Of a DNA stretch of 64,000 nt, positions 49,866 through 63,912 are shown piece by piece. The DNA is from Mobula birostris. Lineage: Eukaryota. The stretch lies in the NCBI RefSeq assembly GCF_030028105.1, contig NC_092401.1, positions 8,714,984 through 8,778,983 of the forward strand, in the 5' to 3' direction. How positions within the stretch are numbered: position 1 is the stretch's first letter; every line of letters begins with the position of its first letter. The notes beneath the pieces are model-generated. The model had not been told where the DNA came from and made no database searches. It worked only from the letters and a program-made list of their open reading frames with translations. A program made the translations under genes and the position numbers.

Positions 49866-50362
49866 GCTTTGATTTCCAGCATCTGCAGATTTTCTCTTGT
49901 TTAGGATCTGGAAGCAGCAACCATAGGTGAAAACAGCATCTCAAAAGTGGGAGGTATTTGAAAATGACCTAATAAGAACTTAGACTCATCATTGTCCCTG
50001 TAAGGTGAGAAGCAAAGATGGCAAGTTTGGGGACCTTTGCTAACAAACAATATTGAGTTGATAATGAAGCATATGTCAAATATCGGAAATTGGTATTGAG
50101 CAATTCCTTTGAGATTTATAGAGAATGTAGGAGAAAAATTAGCATGGCAAAAAGGGATCTTAAATGACATTGGCAAGCAAACTTAAGGAGAATCCTAAAA
50201 CCCTCTTACAAGTATAAGCAGATACTAGCTACCTCCTAGATAGCTAAAAGGTACTAAATGGATAATGCATGTGTGAAGCCAGTGGATATGAGGAAATTAT
50301 AAATGAATACTTATCAGTATTCACCAGGGAGAAGGATGTAGAGGCTTTAGAGTCTAAGCATA

Positions 50363-50898
50363 TACATTCACTGCCACTTTGTTAGGTACCTCTGCTGATT
50401 AATATAAATATCTAATCAACCAATCATGTGGCAGCAACTGAATGCATAAAAGTATGCAGACATGGTCAAGAAGATCAGTTGTTCAGACCGAACATCAGGA
50501 TGGAGAAGAAGTGTGATCTGCGTGATTTTGACCATGGAATGATTGTTGATGCCAGCCAGGTTGATTTGAGTATCTTAGAAACTGCTGATCTCCTGGTATT
50601 TTCACACTCAACAGTCTCTAGAGACTTCAGAGAATAGTGCAAGAAATTAAAAAAAACATTTGGTGAACAGCGGTTCTGTGGGTGAAAATGCCTTGTTAAT
50701 GAGAGAGGTCAGAGGAGAATTGCCAGATTGGTTCAAGCTAACAGGAAGGTGTCAGTAATTCAAGTAACCATGCATTGCAACAGTAATGTGCAGAAGAGCA
50801 TCTTTGAAAGTACAGTTCATCAAACCTTGAAGTGGATGGGGTAAAGCAGCTGAAGACGATGAACTTAAATTGGCTACTTTGTTAGGTATAGGAGGTAC
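50363..50898 (+). mobile_element. Tc1-like transposon relic with N-terminal HTH
   Basis: MEKKCDLRDFDHGMIVDASQVDLSILETADLLVFSHSTVSR resembles the Tc1 N-terminus (KGDLSDFERGMVVGARRAG.SISETADLLGFS..TISRV); ccactttgttaggta-like motifs at both ends. Confidence 0.75.
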
Positions 50899-52516
50899 AT
50901 CTGTATCAGGAAGGAGAAACTGTTATAAATACAGGCATTCATTAGGTAGATAAGTGCCCAGTACCTGATGCGATCTATCCAGGGATGCGAAGGGAAACAA
51001 ATCAGGAGATGGCTGGGAGTCTGACAGAGGAAGTTGCATTTCCATTAGTCATAGTCTGTACCAGATTACTGGAGGATAATATGTTGTCCTTTTGTTCAAA
51101 AAGCAAGGTAGGGATAAGCCAGCAGTAGGAAAGTTGTTGGGGAAGATCCTGACAGGTAGGATTTAGAGTATGTTTAGGCATGGGCTGATTAGGAATAGAC
51201 AGCATGACTTTGACATGGTAGGGGAGATCTTGTCTCACAAATCTGATTGAGGTTTTTGAGGAGGTAACAAGAAAATTGATGAAGGCAGCACAGTAGACAT
51301 GATTTTTGTGTACTTCAGAAAGGCTTTTGACAAGGTCCCATATGATAGGTTGGTCTAGAATGTTAAGACACAAAGGATCCAAGGCTTGTTGGCAAATTGG
51401 ATCCAGGATTTGCTTGGTGATAGGAGGTCAAGGATAGCGATGTATGTAAAACTTGGGATAAGAATAATAAGTGGTCTAATTAGTGACTTTGTGAACAATA
51501 TGAAAATTCGTGCAGTTGTGTCTGGTAAAGGAATTCACCTTAGGACGCAGCAGTGTAGATGGGTTGGAAAGTGTGATGGACCCATGGCAGATGGTAATTT
51601 GAACATTGTTAGATAATGCACTCTGGGAAGTCTAATTCTCAACATATGGCAGCAACCTTAGGACTGATCATGTACAGAGGGACCTTTTACTGCAAGTTCC
51701 TAGTCCATGAAAATGAAAGCAGTGTAGGTATAGTAGTGAAAAACGGCTGAGGTATGCAGTATTGAAGTTGGGATATCATGGTGTAGCTCTAAAGTACATT
51801 GCTGAGACCAATGGTCAGACTATTGTGTACAGTTCCCCCAGTCTTAACCCTACAGGAAGAAGTTTAAGCAATAGAGAGATCGCAGAAGAGATTCACCAGG
51901 GTGTCCTTTGAAATAAAGGGTGTGATAAGGAGAAATTGGATAGACTGAGTCTGCTTTCCCTGGACTGAAGTAGGCATAGTGTGTCCTTACAAAGGTTTTT
52001 GAATTTATAAGGGGCATGGATAGGACAGATAGCCAGAGTATTTTACCAAGTGCATGAGGGTATAGAAATAGAGGGTAAAGGTTTAAGGCAAAACAGAAGT
52101 GTAAGGGAGATCTAAGAGGTAGGTTTTTACACAGAGAGGATGGTAGTTATCTGGAATAAGCTGCCAGAGGAAGTGGTACAGGTAGATACTGTATAGGATG
52201 TTTGAACAGGTACTTAGATAGGAAAGGTTTAGAGGGATACGGGCTTAAATGAGATTAGTGTACATGGGTGTCACAGTCAGTATGGATGAAGTAGGCTGAA
52301 GGGGCTCAATTTCCATCCTATATGATTCTACTAGTTATTTTTTAAATTACATTTTTTAGCAATATTTATATAAAAACTTTTGGGATTTGAATTTGGGTCT
52401 TTTGATTGATAATTCGGGTTACAGTACTCGTCTAGTAATCTCTGAATCACCACCATATTCTATGAACAAACCTTCCTCTCCAGCCATCATAAAAATTCAG
52501 TCAGGAGGCTACCTAC

Positions 52517-52699
52517 CACTTTTGAAAGCCATACATTCCTCCAGTGCCGGTATTTTCTTCCATTCTGGTCCGTGTTCTGGCAAGTTCATGTTACTCCATT
52601 CCACCACAAAGTTGAGCACTTTTTTGGCTGGTGCCTTCCAGCACACTTGAATCTCATCATTATACTTGAGAGTAGTTAAATTCAATACAGGTGGCTGAT
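52517..52699 (-). CDS. IL27RA: IL27RA exon (FN3)
   Basis: Acceptor ttattccacag, donor G|gtaggt; 183 nt, phase 1 to 1; (D)QPPVLNLTTLKYNDEIQVCWKAPAKKVLNFVVEWSNMNLPEHGPEWKKIPALEECMAFKS. Confidence 0.9.
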
Positions 52700-53174
52700 C
52701 TGTGGAATAACATGTACAACAAACACCAAGAATGAGTTTAATCTCTCCTCCTAATTCAATGCTCACCCTTTGATACTTTAACCAAGCAGTTACTTGTGGT
52801 TGTTACATTTATCCTTTCCAGATTGTAGATGCTTCTGGCAAGGCCTAGCCTTTTATCCCTATACCCAACTCCCCTTGGACTAGTAGGTTTACAGACTTTT
52901 GGTGTGGGTCTAGAGTCACATACAGGCCAGATCAAGTAAGATACCAGATTGCCTCCCTTTAAGGAATAAAATGGATTTTAGTGACAGTCCAGCAGTTTCA
53001 TAGTTTTCATAACCAATTATAGCATTTTGTTTCAGATTATTTACTGACTTAAATCTTCCAACATCCTTAATGAGGTACCAGGCATACAGGGTCACATTGA
53101 ATTCCATTAGAAACATTTGTGTGTGTATAAGTACATGTCGAAGCTTGTAATCTATGTGCATGCATTGCTGTGCA

Positions 53175-55245
53175 CAAGTTACTTAACCTATTCCCATAAG
53201 GCATGCTCTCCAATCCAGGCAACATCCTTGTAAATCTCCTCTGCACCCTTTCTATCGTATCCACATCCTTCCTGTAGTAAGGTGACCAGAACTGAACACA
53301 GTACTCCAAGTGGGGTCTGACCAAGATCTTATATAGCTGTAACATTGCCTCATGGCTCTTGAGCTCAATCCCAAGGTTGATGAATGCCAATACACCATAC
53401 GCCCTCTTAGCAACACTGTCAACCTACCGAAATGAACAGCTTCACACTTATCTGGGTTGAACTCCATCTGCCACTTCTCAGTCCAATTCTGTATCCTATC
53501 GATGTCCCGTTGTAACCTCTGACAACCCTGCAGACCATCCACAACACCCCGCACTTTTGTATCATCAGCAAACTTACTAACCCACACTCCTACTTCTTCA
53601 TCTATGTCATTTATAAAAATCACAAAGTGTAGGGGTCCCAGAACAGATCCCTGTGGAACACAACTGGTCACCAACCTCCATGTAGAATACAAACCATCTA
53701 CAGCCACCCTTTGCCTTCTGTGGGCAAGCCAATTCTGGATCCACAAAGCAAGGTCTCCTTGTATCCCATACATCCTTACTTTCTGAATGAGGCTGCCACG
53801 GGGATCCTTATCAAATGCCTTACTGAAATCCATATACATTACATCCACTGCTCTACCTTCATCAATGACTTTTCAGAATCAGAATCAGGTTTATTATCAC
53901 CGGCGTGTGACGTGAAATTTGTTAACTTAGTAGCAGTTCAATGCAATACATAATATAGAACAAAAAAAATCAATTACAATATACATATATTGAACAGATT
54001 AAAAATCGTGCAAAATACAGAAATACTGTATAGTTAAAAAAAGGTGAGGTAGTGTCCAAGGGTTCAATGTCCATTTAGGAATCGGGTGGCAGAGGGGAAG
54101 AAGCTGTTCCTGAATCACTGAGTGTGTGCCTTCAGGCTTCTGTATCTCCTTCCTGATGGTAACAGTGAGAAAAGGGCATGCCCTGGGTGCTGGAGGTCTT
54201 TAATAATAGTCGCTGCCTTTCTGAGACACCGCTCTCTAAAGAAGTCTTGGGTACTTTGTAGGCTAGTGCCTAAGGTGGAACTGACTAGATTTACAACCCT
54301 CTGCAGCTTCTTTCGGTCCTGTGCAGTAGCACCCCGCCCCCCACTCCATACCAGACAGTGATGCATCCTGTCAGAATGCTCTCCACGGTACATCTATAAA
54401 AGTTTTTGAGTGTATTTGTTAACATGCCAAATCTCTTCAAACTCCTAATGAAGTATAGCCGCTCTCTTGCCTTCTTTAAAACTGCATCGATATGTTGGCA
54501 CCAGGTTAGGTCTTTAGAGATCTTGACACCCAGGAACTTGAAACTGCTCACACTCTTCACTTCTAATCCCTCTATGAGGATTGGTATGTGTTCCTCTATC
54601 TTACCCATCTTGAAGTCACATCTTGCTCCTGTACATACTCTCGTCACCACATGAGATTCTACCAACAACAGTTGTATCATCAGCAAATTTATAGATGGTA
54701 TTTGAGCTATGCCTAGCCACACAGTCATGTGTATATAGAGAGTAGAGCAGTTGGCTAAGCACTGCTTATCATCCTCAAAGAATTCAATCAAATTCATAAG
54801 CACAACCTGCCCTTGACAAAGCCATGCTGATTATCCCTACTCAGATTATGTCTCTCCAAAAGCTCATAAATTCTGCCTCTCAGGATCTTCTCCAACAACT
54901 TGCCCAGCACTGAAGTCACATTCACTGATCTATAATTTCCTGGGTTATCTCTACTCCCTTTCTTGAACAATGGAACAACATTTGCAACCCTCCAATCCTC
55001 CAGTACTTCTCCCATCCCTATTGATGAAGCAAAAATTGTCGCCAGAGGCTCAGCCATCTCCTCTCGAACTTCCCACAGTAGCCTGGGGTATATCTCATCC
55101 GGTCCCAGCGACTTGTCAAACTTAATGCTTTTTGAGTTTTCCGGCACATCCTCTTTCTTAATATCTATATGCTCAAGCATTTCAGTCCACTGTAAGTCAT
55201 CCCCACAATTGCCATGGTCCTTTTTCCTGGTGAATACTGAAGCAA
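53175..55245 (-). mobile_element. CR1 RT fragment split by a Rex1/Babar 3' fragment (53872-54768)
   Basis: ORF 54794-55303 (GNYRSV..QHGFVKGR) continues in ORF 53252-53848 ([22 protein letters not shown]); the insert has a Rex1 tail (tcagaatcagaatcagg) and KARERLYFIRSLKRFG. Confidence 0.82.
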
Positions 55246-56132
55246 TTTTAATTTTGGTTTTATCATGGCTCCTCAGTACCCCCAATGACTGTCTTGATGA
55301 CAAGGGAAGACCACCCTTGGAATTCAGCCCCTTTATCCATGTTTGGATAAAGAAAGAGATGTGTCTAGAGCAGCATACTGTAGTACTGGTGAAACTCTAA
55401 ATCAACATCAATGAGTATGCTTGTATAGTAGTGAGTAAGTGCTTTGCTAATGACTTGTTTGGACAGTAATTAGCCAGATTTGATTTTCCTTCATTTTGTG
55501 AGTATAATTTTGGACACACCTGGGAAGATAGCAGTGTTCTCACTGTACTGGATGCTTGACCAGTGGTACAGCTGGTTCTGGAGTGTAGGTCTTCAATCTT
55601 ACAGCAGAGGTATATTCTTGTCCCATAATGTTTGCTGTACCTAACACCCTTAGTAATTTCTTGATGTTATCTTGCCAGGAAACTAACTCCTGTGATGGAG
55701 AGGATCTCTGAAGAAAGCCAAGGTAGATTCCAATTGGTGCTTCTGGCTGAGTATGTTTGCGAATACTTCAATCTTGCCTTTGTCAATTATACTCTGTGCC
55801 TAGTCATCATGGGGATTTCTTTGAAGCCTCCTCCTTCTCATAAGCTGTTGAATTGTCCACCATCATTCACAACTAGATGGTGCAGTACTATAGAACATTG
55901 ATCTAATCAGCTGGATGTATGATTATCTGTTTCTGTCTTTTGTGTGGTACGTTTTCTGTCAAGCATTTATGTGGTTCTGTAAATGCATATTTGCAGCGTA
56001 TTGCTGTTTCCAATGTATTTTTCTGCCCTCCTGATTGAACTAGGGGTGATCTTCAGCTTGATGATAAGGTAAAGTGCAAGTGATGCCAGTTTATAAATTT
56101 ATAGATTATGGTAAAATAGTTTTCTGCTGCTA

Positions 56133-57402
56133 ATCAGAAATCAGGTTTATTATCACCGGCATGTGGCATGAAATTTGTTAATTTAGCAGCAACAGTTGAT
56201 TGCAATACATAATCTAGCAGACAGAGAGAAAAAAAAAATAAGTTAAAAAACATAATAAATAAAGAGGTAAATCAATTACGTATATTTAATAGATTTTTAA
56301 AAATGTGCAAAAAGAGAAATATAGTATATTAAAAAAAGTGAGGTAGTGTCCAAAGCTTCAATGTCCATTTAGGAATCGGATGGCAGAGGGGAAGAAGCTG
56401 TTCCTGAATTGCTGAGTGTGTGCCTTCAGGCTTCTGTACCTCCTACCTGATGGTAACAGTGAGAAAAGGGCATACCCTGGGTGCTAGAGGAGCTTAATAA
56501 TGGACGCTGCCTTTCTGAGACATCGCTCCCTAAAGAAGCCCTGGGTACTTTGTAGGCTAGTGCCCAAGGTGGAGCTGACTAGATTTAAAACCCTCTGCAG
56601 CTTCTTTCGGTCCTGTGCAGTAGCCCCCACCCCCCATACCAGACAGTGATGCAGCTTGTCAGAATGCACTCCACAATACAACTATCGAAGTTTTTGAGTT
56701 TATTTGTTGACATGCCAATTCTCTTCAAACTCCAAATAAATATAGCTGCTGTCTTGCCTTCTTTATAACTACATCGATATGTTGGGACCAGGTTAGATCC
56801 TCAGAGATCTTGACACCCAGGAACTTGAAGCTTCTCACTCTCTCCATTTCTGATCCCTCTATGTGGATTGGTATGTGTTCCTTCGTCTTACTCTTCCTGA
56901 AATCCACAATCAGCTTTTTCGTCTTATTGACATTGAGTGCCAGGTTGTTGCTGCGGCACCATTCCACTAGTTGGCATATCTCACTCCTGTACGCCTTCTC
57001 GTCACCACCTGAGATTCTACGAACAATGGTTGTACCGTCAGCAAATTTGTAGATGGTATTTGAGCTATGCCTCGCCACATAGCCATGTGTATACAGAGTA
57101 GAGCAGTGGGCTAGGCACACACCCCTGAGGTGCACCAGTGTTGATTGTCAGCGAGGAGAAGATGTTATCACCAATCTGCACAGATTGTAGTCTTCCGGTT
57201 AGGAAGTCGGGGATCCAATTGCAGAGGAAGGTACAGAGGCCCAGGTACTGCAACTTCTCAATCAGGATTGTGGGAATGATAGTATTAAATGCTGAGCTAT
57301 AGTCGATGAACAGCATCCTGTGTGTAGGTGTTTGTGTTGTCTAGGTGGTCTAAAGCCGTGTGGAGAGCCATTGAGATTGCGTCTGCCGTTGACCTATTGT
57401 GG
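56133..57402 (-). mobile_element. Rex1/Babar-type LINE, 5'-truncated (same family as 38773-40372)
   Basis: [44 protein letters not shown]; tail aatcagaaatcagg. Confidence 0.88.
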
Positions 57403-59007
57403 TCTATAGTATCTCACAGACGCTGACTTTGAGCTGCTGGATTTGTTCTGAGGCTGTCCTGTTCACAGCATGTGATCTATCCTGCACAAAACCATGATGA
57501 CTCCTGGCTGGTCCCTGTCTTCCCAAGTAAATATAAATCTAGTCTCTCGTGATCTTTTCCAACAACTTTCTTACCATTGATGTAACCGGCCTGTAGTTTC
57601 CAGGCTTAGCCTTATCATCCTTTTTTACCAAAAGGCCAACAGTACCTATCCTTCAGTTTTCTGGTATTCTGACCTGTGGCTAACGAAGCTGCAGAAATGT
57701 CCATCCAAGTCCTGGCAATTCTGTAGGTTTAGTCCTTGAGTTGGCTCATTCACTATCTCCCATAGACTTAATTCAGAAGATAAGGCCTTCAGGGCTTGTC
57801 CAGCTTAAGTCAGTGTGCTGCATCCAACCATTTTGTCCTTCTTCCAGGTGTTATGCATCATAGAGGAACACTATTCATCAGCTGAAGGACAGTAGGTGGA
57901 GATCAGAAGATTTCTTTGCCTGTATTTGACCTGATGCCTTGGAACCAAGCACAGACAAGGAGCCTGGGGTAAATGCCAATGGCTACTCCCTTCCATCTGT
58001 TTATTAGCACTTCTGGTGGGTTTAACTTGCTGGTAGGATAATATGTGTCCACGATCTAGCACACTGTCTGTAAATCATGGTCCTATGAGTAAAATAATAT
58101 CATGCTGGTGCTTCACAAATATGTCTGTTTTTGACAAAGATTTTTCAAAATTAATTGGGCTAGAAGTCACTCAGCTATTTACAAATCAAATGTCTATGTT
58201 ACTTGCTGGATAGTTTGGCTGTCTTACTCTTTCTTTTTTCAACATAGTGATAATGGTACTATGATGAAGATGGCACCAGAGGTTATTGCAGGGGTGGGGG
58301 CAGGGGGCAGGGGAGACTTTGGAGTTCTGACATTTCTGTCATTCACTTTCTTAGGGATTTTTTTTTCTGTTTTGTGGATGTCTGTGAAGAGTAAGAATTT
58401 CAGGTTGTATACTGTATACATTCTCTGAACCGTTGAGGAATTTGCTTGGCCATTTCAAAGGCAACTTTGTTAGTGGATCCTGAACCACACGGAAGCCAAA
58501 CCAGGTGATGATGGTAGATTTCCACCCCTGAAGGGCATTAACAAATTAAATTTGTTTTTATAATTGGTTGTTTTGTTGACATCATTACCAATTTATTTTA
58601 TAATTCCTGATTATTAATTTGGATTTAATGTCCGTGATTGTCATGTAGAATTTGATTTCAGGGTTCTGGAGCCATTCTTTTGGTTTCTAGGCTATTAGAC
58701 CAGTTCCTAATCAACTGTGTGAATAGGAACAAGATGTCAAACTGGTGAAGTTGCAGAACATAGCAACATGCTAATCAGCAAAAACATTTGTAATTGGCAG
58801 AGCAAAAGCAATCCCATAAACAAAGCATCAGATCATATTTCTGCAGTCCTGCTGATTGATACAAATGCTGATGAACAAAATCAGAATCAGGCTTAATGTC
58901 ACTGGCATATGTCATGAAATTTGTTGTTTTGCAGCAGCAGCACATTGTAATATGTTCAAAAATAATAAAATAATGACTACAGTATAACAATATATATATG
59001 TTATAAC

Positions 59008-59045
<38 letters not shown>

Positions 59046-59099
59046 TAAATAAGTAGTGCAAAAATAGAGGGAAAAAAGAAAAAATAATGAGATAGTGTA

Positions 59100-59743
59100 A
59101 ACACGAGGAATTCTGCAGATGCTGGAAATTCAAGCAACACACATCAAAGTTGCTGGTGAACGCAGCAGGCCAGGCAGCATCTCTAGGAAGAGGTACAGTC
59201 AACGTTTCGGGCCGAGACCCTTCGTCAGGACTAACTGAAGAAAGAGCTAGTAAGAGATTTGAAAGTGGGAGGGGGAGAGGGAGATCCAGGATGATAGGAG
59301 AAGACAGGAGGGGGAGAGATGGAGCCAAGAGCTGGGCAAAAGGCATATGAGAGAATCATGGGACAGGAGGCCCAGGGAGAAGGAAAGGGGGGAGGGGGGG
59401 GAAACCCAGAGGATGGGCAAGGGGTATAGCGAGAGGGACAGAGGGAGTAAAAGGAGAGAGAAAGAAAGAATGTGTGTATATAAATAAATAACGGATGGGG
59501 TACGAGGGGGAGGTGGGGCATTAGCGGAAGTTAGAGAAGTCAATGTTCATGCCATCAGGTTGGAGGCTACCCAGACGGAATACAAGGTGTTGTTCCTCCA
59601 ACCTGAGTGTGGCTTCATCTTTACAGTAGAGGAGGCCGTGGATAGACATACCAGAATGGGAATGGAATGTGGAATTAAAATGTGTGGCCACTGGGAGATC
59701 CTGCTTTCTCTGGCGGACAGAGCGTAGGTGTTCAGCAAAATGA
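59100..59743 (-). mobile_element. Young Penelope-like element 3' fragment
   Basis: GIY-YIG C-terminus LLYCKDEATLRLEEQHLVFRLGSLQPDGMNIDFSNFR plus pLTR; 14-bp TSD aatgagatagtgta at 59086-59099 and 59744-59757. Confidence 0.85.
59197..59232 (-). ncRNA. Minimal hammerhead ribozyme (GUU site), sense to the IL27RA pre-mRNA
   Basis: Minus strand AGTCCTGACGAAGGGTCTCGGCCCGAAACGTTGACT; core intact, stem II GGGT/GCCC, stem III ACGU. Confidence 0.72.
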
Positions 59744-60449
59744 AATGAGATAGTGTACCTGGGTTCATTGTAAATTCAAGAACCTCATGGCTGTGGGGAA
59801 AAAGCTGTTCTTAAAATGTTCAGTGTGTGTCTTCACGTTCCTGTGCCCCTTACTTGATGTTAGCAATAAGAAGAGAGCATGTCCTGGGTGATTAGGTCCT
59901 TAATGAGGGGTGCACCTTTTTGAGGCATCACCTTTTGAAGATAGCCCCACGATGCTAGTGCCTATGGTGGAGTTCGGTGAGCTTGTAACTTTCTGCAGCT
60001 TTTCCCAATCCTGTTAGAATGCAACCAATTAGAATGCTCTCCATGGTACATCCAAATAAATTTGCAATAGTCTTTAGTGACATACCAAATCTTCTCAAAC
60101 TCTTAATGAGATTTAGCCGCTGTTGTGTGTTCTTTGTAATTGCTTCAAGTTATTGGGCTCAGGATATATCTTCAGAGATGTTGACATCCGTAAGCTTAAA
60201 ACTGCTCACCCCTTGATGAGGGTGTGTGTTCCCTCAACTTCCCCTTCTTAAAGTCCACTGAAGGATGAGACCACCAAGAATCCAAGTGCGAAAGACAAAG
60301 CTGAAGTGCCTGCAGTCACATTCAGTGAGAATCGCATAGTGGATGATCCAACTTGACTTCCTCCTGAAATTAGTCTTTTGTCAATTTGGTTCACTCCATA
60401 TTTAGAAATAGATGAAAGCACTGGATACAACAATGGCTATGGGACCAAA

Positions 60450-61760
60450 CAATTGACTGGATACAGGACTGAAAGCTTGCATTCCTGAACTTGCTGTGTC
60501 TGTAATCAGTCTGGTGCTACTGACTGTGTGGAAAACTGCACAAGTATAGCAGGACAAATTAAATCTGGCTATTTGCTGCCAAGCAGTGTTCTCCTAGTCA
60601 TTAGCAAAGTAATGGAAGGTGTCATTGCCAATGCTGTCAAGTGGCACTTACTCATTACTAATGTGCTTACCTGATTTGGGATTTGCTAGGACCACCTAGG
60701 TCCATACCTCATCGTGGTCTTAGACCAAATATAGGTAAGAGAGTTGAGTTCTAGTGAAGAGGTGAATGTGACTGCATTTGACATCAATCCAGTAATTAAC
60801 TGAATGTGGCAGCAAGCAGCCCTGATAATGCTGATGTCAAAGGGTATCCTAGGTCCAATGTTTCAGTGGCTTGAATCGTACCTGGCACAAAAGGAGACGG
60901 TTATAGTTATTGGAGCCAAATATCCCTGATTAGGACATCATTGAGGGTCCTACTCCTCAATGACCTTAGACTGTCAAAAGGTCAGAAGTGGAGATACTTG
61001 CTGATGATTGCACAATGGTCAATGAAAACTTGTAGTTCTTCGCTAAACAAAGCAACATTCAGGCATAGACTGATAAGTAGCCAAGTAATGTTTACGCTGC
61101 AACCAAGAAGTAATAATTTCAACGAGAGAGTCTTAACTACCTACTATTGATAGTCAATGGCATTATTGAGTGCTCCATCATCAACATCCAGGGAGTTACT
61201 GCTGACTGGGAACACAAATAATCCAGCCAAATAAGTATGGTGGTAGCATGTGCAAGACAGAAGCTAGATCTTTTGCACTAAGTAATGCATCGTCGGGTGT
61301 ATGAAAGAATACTCTCTATTTATCTAGTGTGGTTGCAGTACCATTCAAAAAAAGGTGCCTTCTTAGTTAAGTCTCTGTCCTTGAACCTACATATTCATAT
61401 CCACCACCATTGGCACAGAATGGCTGCAGTGTAGCCCATCTACAAAATGCAGGCCTTGGCTGATCTGACAACATTTTGCTAACCTACGTCCTCTGTCACC
61501 AAAAACGATAAATGCTACAGGTGCATTGAGGGCATGACCAGCTGCAGGTTCTCTTCAAGATGCAAACCATTATCTGTACAGTATCTGCCCTTTATTGCAA
61601 GTCACACTGAATTCTCAAACTCCAAACCTAACACAGCCAATGGAGCACCTTCACTAGAAGGATGGCAACTGTTCAAGATCATGGCTCAGCATCATTTCTG
61701 AAAGGCTTTTAGGGATGGACTAATTCTTGGCACCAGCGATGCCTAGATTCCAAAAAAAAT
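60450..61760 (+). mobile_element. Ancient degenerate CR1/L2-group LINE
   Basis: Decayed ISKVMEGVI, FDI, QWLESYL.Q and DD remnants; 3' end tagggatggactaattcttggcaccagcgatgcc..A-run. Confidence 0.5.
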
Positions 61761-61865
61761 ATATATATAAATGTCCAAGCTCGGGCATTGACAGATGCAT
61801 TAGAATGTTCACTGGGACAGTTCTCTGTGAGGGCACTTGAATGAATGTGTTATGGATATGTTTAC

Positions 61866-62058
61866 CTTTAACCAGATTGAGTTTAGCCGGCTCAGTAGCT
61901 CCAACAGAGTTGTAAGCAGTGACATTCACATGCCGAGTGTTCTCAGACAGGCTGATGTTGCAGCAGGTAACGGTGGTCACCTTGCTCATTTCTTCTCCAT
62001 CCCCTTCACTCACAGAGTATTGGCGAATTATTCCTCTTGCTTGATGTTGTTCAAGAGG
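61866..62058 (-). CDS. IL27RA: IL27RA exon (FN3)
   Basis: Acceptor gggttttgcag, donor G|gtaaac; 193 nt, phase 0 to 1; PLEQHQARGIIRQYSV..VTCCNISLSENTRHVNVTAYNSVGATEPAKLNLVK (human IL27RA ITCC..VSAVN..NLSLV). Confidence 0.9.
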
Positions 62059-62859
62059 CTGCAAAACCCAATTCCCACCCCCCCCCCCCACCAAAAAACA
62101 AATTATTGCTTTTTGATTGAGAGACTCGGTGAAAGGCCAAGGGGTTTATGACAGAACGCTAAGCAAAGCAAAAAAAGAACTGTCTTTACCAAACACGATG
62201 AAACACCTTTGAAATTTAAAAGCCCACTGATTTAAGAGCAGAGGCCAAGGGATAAGGTTACACTTTTGTCAGGTCCTGAGATCTAATGAGTGAGTGGGAA
62301 ATACACAGAATATCAAGGAAGAGTATGTTGCATCAAGTCTTTGGAGCATCAGAAGAAGAGCATAGAAAGTGGACCTTTATATGATTACTGAGAGAAAAGG
62401 CCACCGAAGTTTGCAACAGAGAGATTTTGGAACTTAATGGCAAAGACTTTAAGAGTTGGAGTCAGAGTAGAAAGAACATTCGAAACTTCAATTAGAATTG
62501 AACCTTGAGGAATTGAATAATAATAATTTATCAGTGAAAGGCAGAGAAAGATCAAAGACGTGTGAGAGACCCAAAATATGCAACCCTTACAATCAGCAGT
62601 GCAACCTGTGGTATAGACTAGACATAAAGAAACTGTAGTTGAAGAAATAGAAACAGCAAAGGTGCCTGTTAGATCATAGTGTCAAGGTTCACCCAGCAGG
62701 TCATGAAGGTCTGCAATTCAACGGTAGACAACTCGAGTGGATAATTCAGTGCAAAACAGGAAGAGGCAACATTTGTAGTAGAAGCTATTATTTAACTCTT
62801 AAGGTGATTCTGGTATTAATGAAAAATGAAATGACCTTCAATCATCAATTCAGAGAGGA

Positions 62860-63175
62860 AGTAAACCAGCTATACAGTGTGTCACTGTTGTGCAGCCTCA
62901 ACAGTTCCAGTGATCCAGATCCTGACTACTATTTCAGTCTTTGTGTAGCTTGCACATTCTCCCTATATGGACTTTTCCCAGTACTTCAGTTCCCTACCAC
63001 ATCTCAAAGTCATGCTAGTTGATAGGTTAATTAACTACAGTGAATTATCCTTAATGTAGTTGGGTGGGAGTTGATGCCCATTTGATACAGAATAGGTCAC
63101 AGGGAAACTACTGGGAGAATGGAATTGCTCTGAAAGCCACTATAGACTCAATGGGATTAATGGTTTCATTCCATT
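62860..63175 (+). mobile_element. Degenerate V-SINE
   Basis: tgtgtagcttgcacattctccct..ttccctaccacatctcaaag..ggttaattaactac..attatcc resembles the V-domain. Confidence 0.5.
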
Positions 63176-63912
63176 TTGTAAGGGAACATAAAATAATATA
63201 GTAGCACCTTTGTAAGGAGAGCCTGATGAAGGAAGAAGGCAGCTAACAGCTTGCAAAATGCTCAAGCCAAGTTTTACCAAACAAGCATCAGTAACCCTGC
63301 TGACAATGTAATCATGGCATTTTCTGTCCCATAATCAATTCTGCATAGCTTGGGCTGGTGATTGTCTTCTGAACTGATCATTCAACCTTGTTCCTTGGCT
63401 GTACTGTTGATGCATCCTTGGGAAGATGACTAATTTTTGGACAAATCACTTCTACTAATGATCAGCCCTTGGAATGGTGCTCTTCCTTCTCCACACTCCT
63501 TGGACTGATGACCAGATATTATACCGTTGACTAGTCTTTGCACCTCATACTCTTTTCTCCATCCAATGGCTTAGTATCATTTGTAACCATATAGCTAATA
63601 TTAGCTAACAAGAAAGGGACCCTCTGACTTTTCAAGGTGAGGTGGACACTACACAGTATGCTTAATCACTGAGAAGCTTAATTCTATTGAATCAACAAAT
63701 CAAATGGAAAATTGTCGGTTAAAAATTCTGGGGATAAGTTCTGCAGTATGCATATTTCAGGGCTGTAAAGAATAATCCTACCCACCATTATCTATAAAGA
63801 GGGCTGCCTTGACAGTGCAAAGAATATGAAAGTTTAACTGATTAATGTCAGAGTGCTGAATCGTTGGGCCAGTGAGATAATATGGAAGAAATTGGAACAG
63901 TTTACTCTGTAC

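Larger units (their letters stand above)
49400..52330 (+). mobile_element. Old degenerate CR1 LINE with nested Penelope palindrome and Tc1 relic
   Basis: Scattered remnants LIEVFEEVTRKIDEG, KAFDKVP and a decayed 3' tail near 52320. Confidence 0.7.
58878..60260 (-). mobile_element. Older Rex1/Babar 3' fragment containing a (TG)n tract and a nested Penelope-like insertion
   Basis: Tail aatcagaatcagg at about 58879; RT-downstream remnants at 59760-60260. Confidence 0.65.
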
